The position numbers and the translations under genes are program-made. A stretch of DNA of 64,000 nucleotides from Chrysomallon squamiferum (Eukaryota; Animalia; Mollusca): positions 30,504,001 through 30,568,000 of the forward strand of contig CM022671.1 in NCBI GenBank assembly GCA_012295275.1, written 5' to 3'. The notes below the pieces were generated by a model. It searched no databases, was not told the DNA's origin, and saw nothing but the letters and a program-made list of their open reading frames with translations. Shown here in pieces: positions 57,700 through 64,000 of this stretch (positions within the stretch are counted from its first letter, which is position 1; the number at the start of each line of letters is the position of its first letter).

Positions 57700-58428
57700 C
57701 ACAGGTCTATAAACCCAAATCCGAAATGTCTTCCTCGCATAATCAACATTTCCATTTGACAGGTCGGTACATACATCTATTGAGCATGCGCAGAAGATAG
57801 CAGACGACGTAAATAAATTGCAACACTTATGAATAATTATTTGTAGGCAAGTGTTTTTTAATGTTTTATAAATTTAAATATATTAAATTTTCATTTAATA
57901 TATAAAAAAAATTATGCTATAAAATATTATTATGTACTTATTACTGAAATATAGTAGATTGCTTTTTTAAAAAGTTACGTTTGATCTTGGCTATAGAACG
58001 AGACAACTACAAAGGATGCAATACCAGTCAGCTAACAGGTTCCCGCTTGAACATAATATGTAAACCCCACTTATTGGAAATTTCAATGGCCGCCATGATG
58101 AAAGATGATGGTTAGACAGGATATTGACGTTTTTTCAGAAAAGTGTGTGTTTTATCATCCGCTATATTGGGACAACTTGTGGTTTTTCAGTAAAATTTCA
58201 AATATAACATGACTGTTTCACTTGAAATAAGGAAATATAGCCTGCAATATTAAAACTATCCTTGACTGCTCGACCAAAACAAGCTTGTTTTGACAGGAAT
58301 TCGTTCCTGAAATTCACTTGGATTTACACTGATAATATTTACTGAATATTTAGTGTCTTGTTGCTTACATTATAAGATGTAGCGTCGTTGTGTGAAGTTT
58401 GTGTGATTTATTTTATTTGTTTTAAAGG
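57700..58428. promoter_or_regulatory. Putative bidirectional promoter for CADPS (-) and KMT2E (+), including a probable non-coding first exon of KMT2E ending at donor 58428|gtaagt
   Basis: Locally CpG-rich; NRF1-like TGAGCATGCGCA at 57781-57792; YY1-like AATGGCCGCCAT at 58085-58096; consensus donor agg|gtaagt at 58428/58429. Confidence 0.6.
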
Positions 58429-58919
58429 GTAAGTTGTGTCATTTTAAACAGGATCTTAAGTTGAGTGTTGTAGCCGTTATTTTACACATCCATTCCACCA
58501 TTTTACGGTTGCGCATAATTATTTAGATCCAGATCGTTCTTGTTTCCTTTTGATAATGTTTTAATAATATCATAGGCAAATTAACACCTTGGTAATTGCA
58601 TATAATTCACAGATGTGTATTTATATGCACAATATCAAATAATGAAATACTTGTTTTACAAAGGTAATTTAAATCATAGCACCAACTAACTCAGAGTAAC
58701 ACTGACAGTGACATGGTGACGGTCATAATAGTTATCATAGTGGCGCCTAACTGGTATATATCAAACATTACAAAGAAATAAAATAAGATAATATTCTATA
58801 TATTGGATTAACATAAAAATATGACCAATCCATGACTTGTAAGACATTTTGCATTACATATTCATGATATTGAGGATGTGTTATCAGGAGCTCAGAAATC
58901 TGAAAACGTCTGACATTGC

Positions 58920-58952
<33 letters not shown>

Positions 58953-61735
58953 CTGTTGTAAAATATATAAATATGAACCTGTATATTAAATTGTCTCTTA
59001 CATAAGTTATTCATGCAGTATAAAAACTTTTTTTTAAATATTTTTATTCCCAAATCCAAAACATTTCTAATCCAAAGCCTGATGGATCTTCAGCCTGTAG
59101 TAAGTTTTGAAAAAGATAGTGCTACATCCTGTTATGACTGCCTGCTCCTAATGCAGATGGCATCTGACATATACAAAAGAAACAACTATTACTTCATTCT
59201 TTTACTTACTCAAAAACAAATATCAATTAAAATGACAAATTATCAGTAAAAAGGAAGTTGTGTAACATACTCTTTTAATATAAACTGACATAATTTCGTT
59301 AGATATATACATGTGAAATAATATTTAAAACTCAAATGACAGAGCAAATAGAATAACCATCATAATGATCAAAACACAAAAAAAAAAATTAAAAAAAAAT
59401 TATAATAATAAAAAGTTGCTATTTGACTATATCATAAAATGGTAATAACTGGTTTCTTAGAATTCTGGATTGTGTCATTGAAAGTGTTAAAATATTGCCT
59501 TCAAAATTACATTTTGAACACATCACCTAATTCCTTGTGAATGAATGATATAAAATTAATATTGATGGATTATGGTGTTAAAATTAATAGCAGAGGTACA
59601 TTGGGATAGCATTATTGGTTTGGTGTTCAAATTAGAATGATACACTTCAATGTTTAACAAACTGTGAACTGTGAAAAGGAAACTCATTCTGACAAAACAT
59701 CAATACTTTCTAGTGATATTTCACTTTGGTTTATTTCAGTATAAAGCACTTACATATGGTATTAAAATTATTTAAAATATGCATATTTAACAATAGTGAA
59801 ATAATTAATTTTCCATTATACAACTAATATTAAATTTGATTTATTTTTAGTCAGTTCTACAAATCTGTTTAAAAAGTTTTCCTGGTTGTGGAAAGATAAA
59901 ATAAATATACAAAGTTCCAAGCACGAAAAGATGGAAATGCATCTGTTTCATAGCCATTTTTGTTTTAATATTAACATTTATGTCCAAAGATGATTTTCTT
60001 TTTATTATGTATTTGATAACAAATTTATGATAATTCAAAGTTCAAATGGATAATAATAGGTGTGTAAAATATACTGTGAAAGAGTGAGTAAATCTTTGTG
60101 GCATTGTTTTTGGTGGGGGGGGGGAGTTTTTGTTTATTTTTTAATCCTGATTTAAAAAAAAAAAACCCCCTAAAACAGCTGTCAGTGAATGAAAAGATGT
60201 GAAATAAAGGGAAATGGCAGGTTCTATATGTATTCATAAATTTGTTAAATTTTACTTTGATAAAAGCATATGTTGATAGCTAAAAAAAAACAATAACTTG
60301 CAAAGTTATATAGAGTATTTGTGCAACTGAGTTGTCAGTGTTACTTGTTCTTTCTTTTGACCTTGACATAAAGCTGCCAGGTTTTCTTGAAATACTTTTG
60401 TCAGTTATTATGTATTCAGAATTTTTCACTTTTATTTAGCCACACAGAATGGTGATAATAGTTTAATTATTTATTGTAATTATTTTAATAAAAGTTTGAT
60501 TGAATATTGTGGTGAAATGTAATTAATAATTTATCTTTGGGGAATTAATAAAATTAATTAAAAAACCCACAAACAGTTGTGAATAAGTAGTAAATAGAAA
60601 TTATTATTATTATTATTTTTTTTTTTTTTGAGAATTATATCTTTTTTAACTTTATACTCTTTCTTTTTGTGTATATATTTATAAATGTTAGTTCTTTAAT
60701 TAGTTTTTTTTTTTAAGCATGTCGTTACATTTAATTAGTGAAAATGATGATCTCATGAAAGTAATTGAAAAGAAGATAGAGGAAACTTTATTTTCTGAAA
60801 ATGTTAAAAGTATTCATTTGAAACACTGAAGAAAAGATAAATGTACTAATTTTGTATTAAAGTAAATTTAGAAAAATTAAAGTAAACTTTTGGCAGCATG
60901 CAGAATTAATATCAGGCTTTAATTGTAATTATGTAAATAAAATAAGTAAATCAATTTACATTTTCAATGGATACTTTTTATTATTATGAATTAAAAATAT
61001 TAATTCCATTATATCAATAATAATTTAACATACTACAAAATAGTATTACATTGTATATCTAATGCAGATTATGCCAATCAGGATCCACATAATGTATAGG
61101 TATAAAATTTGTTTTTCTGAAATAGAGTAGTTTGATGGACCAACCATCCAGACAAACCAAAAAAAAAGAGAAAGAAATAATAATAATAAATAAGTAAATA
61201 AAAAATAGAAACAAAGAAAAAGAAATTATATAATTATTAAAATCTGTAAAAAGTTCCTTTTAAATATAATGCTAAGGAAATAGTTTTTCTTTTTTCTTGT
61301 AAAGCCAATTTTTAAATTACAGTGTATTATTATACTACAGTAATGGGAACTTGTTTGAACTTTGTCATCATAAAAAAAATAGTCTGAATATTTTTTTATT
61401 AATGTTGTTATTTTTTATTTATTTTTTTAAATGCTTTGCAGGTAAAAGAAGTACTATTACACATTTATTAGTCTGGTTTTGGTATTAGAAGATATAAACC
61501 TTCAGTTACATCCTTGTATCCATAAATAATAAACAATTCTCTAATTTTCAATGGATTTTTTAAATTTATATTAAAAAAAAATAAAAATAATAAAATTAAT
61601 AAATTGTAGTTGAGATATTGGTATGAAATAATAATTGATTTTTATAAAAAGAATTTTTTTAGACAAATAAAAATCCAAATGGTATTTTATTTGAAGTTGA
61701 GTAGATAAAAATCTAAATATTTAAATGGTATTATT

Positions 61736-61787
<52 letters not shown>

Positions 61788-61845
61788 TTTTTTTTTTTTT
61801 TTTTTTTCTTTTTTCAATTATTCAGGATTTGTTATAGCATTTGCC

Positions 61846-61926
61846 ATGTCAGGTAAAGACATTTTCATTAAGCTGCTTGTCAGACCCATTGATCATGGAC
61901 TACACTTAATCCTACCAACACGATGA
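61846..61926 (+). other. Upstream ORF (26 aa, [26 protein letters not shown]) in the KMT2E 5' UTR, with its stop overlapping the main ATG
   Basis: gccATG at 61846 lies inside the exon starting at 61826 and is open to TGA at 61924-61926; the main ATG is at 61923-61925 (ATGA overlap). A nested short uORF MDYT* lies at 61895-61909. Confidence 0.6.
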
Positions 61927-63977
61927 GCTTCATAGTACAAGTTGGACCTGTTCGTGGCAATGAAGTCAAGAGGTCACAAGAGTAAGTTTTACAAGAAATA
62001 AGAAACAATAGTTGCAAAATATTAAAAATAATAATAAAAAGTGAAAAAAAAGAGTAAAATACAGTAAGTGTAATCTTTCTCCCATTTTTTTCATTTTTTT
62101 TTTAAAAAGCCAAAATGGAACTTAATGACTTTCAGTCTGCGGAGAAAAAAATGCATGATTATTTACTGGAAAGGAGCAGGTTATGACTTTTCAAGAAATT
62201 AATTATTGTTTTTATAGGTCTGATATATATGTAACTGAATCATCATCAAGAAGTGAGTCCTGCCAAACATCACAGAGCTATGCTAGCTGTTTTGGCTTGC
62301 CATATCAGGTATACATTTAAAAAAAAAATCCAAAAAATCTAATAGTATATTTATTTTATCTATTAAAATTTTTAATTTAAAAAAAAAAATATATATATTT
62401 TATAAAAGATGACATTTTTTTACATACTCATATTTTAATTTCATAAGACAGAAATGCTAATTTTTATTAATATATTTTCAATTAAGGACAGAAGAAATTA
62501 GTTTTAAAAGATTTATGAAGGATTTCTTTGGTATTCAATATGTTTATAGTCCACTAATGGAAAAAAAAATCAAAAACAAATCTGATAGGTAAATCTAATC
62601 GGTGTCTTCTTTAAATATTAAGTAAAAGACTCATTGTCAAACATTAAAATTAAGTTTTATTATTAATATAAAAAAAAATAAAAAAATCTTTTGATGACAT
62701 TCTCTACAAAAAAGAGGTCGTATTCATCTTGCTTCAGGATCACAACTATGGTGCTCCACCACCACCTACACCACCTCACTCTCCCGTTCCAAAAGTCAAC
62801 GGGCATGTGGAGGTGGAATTTGTTCCAGCAATGGATGAACTGCTTTCTGCAAAGGAAGAAATTGTTGATGACAGCATCACACGATGTATCTGTGGCTATC
62901 TGCATGATGATGGATACATGATATGCTGTGATAAATGCAGGTGAGTATTTTTTTAAACAACTGACTCAAAGGTTACACAATACTATAAAGCAGGCAGACA
63001 ATGTAGTTATAAAGCTGAATTTTCAGTGATGTTACTGTACGTTTCATTTGAAATTTATTTAAAAATTACTAAATTAATTATGTATGATCAAAATGACATA
63101 ATTAACAACTTCACAGTTTTCATTAATATTAGTAACTGGCAGACAAAAGTAATGATCATAATATCTATTTATGCTGCATTTCCATTTTGTCTATGAGTTT
63201 TGGACATATATTACATTATAGATAATTAAAATTATCTGGTTTCAAATTTTCTTTTTCATAATTATCTTGGTTAGAACTTTTCATTTCTTTTGAAATTAAG
63301 TTGTTTTTCCATTAGCAAATAGTAATTGGTTTATTAAATATTCTCTATTTACTGAATATATATGCAATAAGCAATCCTGTTGTTGTTAACAGCAGAAAAA
63401 TGTAAGAATTGCTTTACTTATTTTTCAAATATTTGCAGTGTATGGCAGCATATTGACTGTATGGGCATTGATCGAAACAACATACCAGACAATTATTATT
63501 GTGAACTCTGTGAATCTAAACCAGTTGATGTGGAAAGGGCAAAGTTTATCCAGAGAAAAAAGAGAGAGGAAATTGGTACAACAGATGTTTTTTTAAATTT
63601 TAATTATATAATGGACAGACTAATATTAAATAAAATTATAATAAATGCTAATTTGCAGTTCAATTCATGTAATCCCCTTAAATTTATTAAATGCATATCA
63701 GAAAGCATGTTTTTTCCTTTTTCTGGTGTAAAAAAGACTTTTTTTTATTAAATATTTAGATACTAGTGCTACTGATACTGATCCAGATGAGGCTGCTAAT
63801 CATCTGGCATCTTTAAACAAGAAATCCATTTCACCTACAAAAACTAAAGCTCCCAAACAAAGGAGAATTTCTAAAACTAAGGATAAACTTTCACCAAGAA
63901 AGAATGGAGTAAAGAATGGTCGAAAACTTCCAAAAAAGGAAAAAGAAAATGTAAAAGATGTTAATAAATTGGCAAAG
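61923..63977 (+). CDS. KMT2E: KMT2E/MLL5 (upSET/SETD5 family) PHD-SET chromatin protein, first 5 coding exons; continues beyond the window
   Basis: Exons 61923-61981, 62218-62308, 62738-62940, 63439-63575, 63760-63977, all GT-AG with consistent phases. Translation MSFIVQVG...[18 protein letters not shown]...[45 protein letters not shown]...[14 protein letters not shown] matches the KMT2E N-terminus: the GLPYxDHNYG HCF1-binding motif plus a PHD finger, which SETD5 lacks. Confidence 0.92.
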
Positions 63978-64000
63978 GTAAGAATCCCAGGAATGAAAAT

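Noticed and set aside
61846-61858. ATGTCAG|gtaaag as an alternative KMT2E coding start spliced to 62218
   Set aside because: The phase-1 donor is out of frame with the next exon (phase 2) and reaches TAA within a few codons.

Overview
AT-rich, intron-rich animal genomic DNA, probably a lophotrochozoan such as a mollusc (inferred from protein sequences, repeat types and CpG pattern; not provable here). It is not prokaryotic. Four genes are present. (1) The 5' end of CELSR/flamingo on the - strand, as one 3.6-kb first coding exon. (2) A complete 9-exon SEC13 on the + strand, 313 aa. (3) A complete CAPS/CADPS on the - strand, 27 constitutive coding exons, about 1253 aa. (4) The 5' end of KMT2E/MLL5 (upSET) on the + strand, head-to-head with CADPS. 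Most notable observations: a cluster of frame-preserving 9-30 nt candidate microexons in the two enlarged introns flanking CADPS exon 16; a 1-nt frameshift inside that exon; a near-perfect ~715-bp inverted duplication centred on a 300-bp MITE-like element in CADPS intron 1; a 26-codon uORF whose stop overlaps the KMT2E start (ATGA); a 10 x ~105-bp intronic tandem array; and a possible bidirectional poly(A) site between SEC13 and CADPS. All exon boundaries were derived by hand from GT/AG sites and phase continuity.
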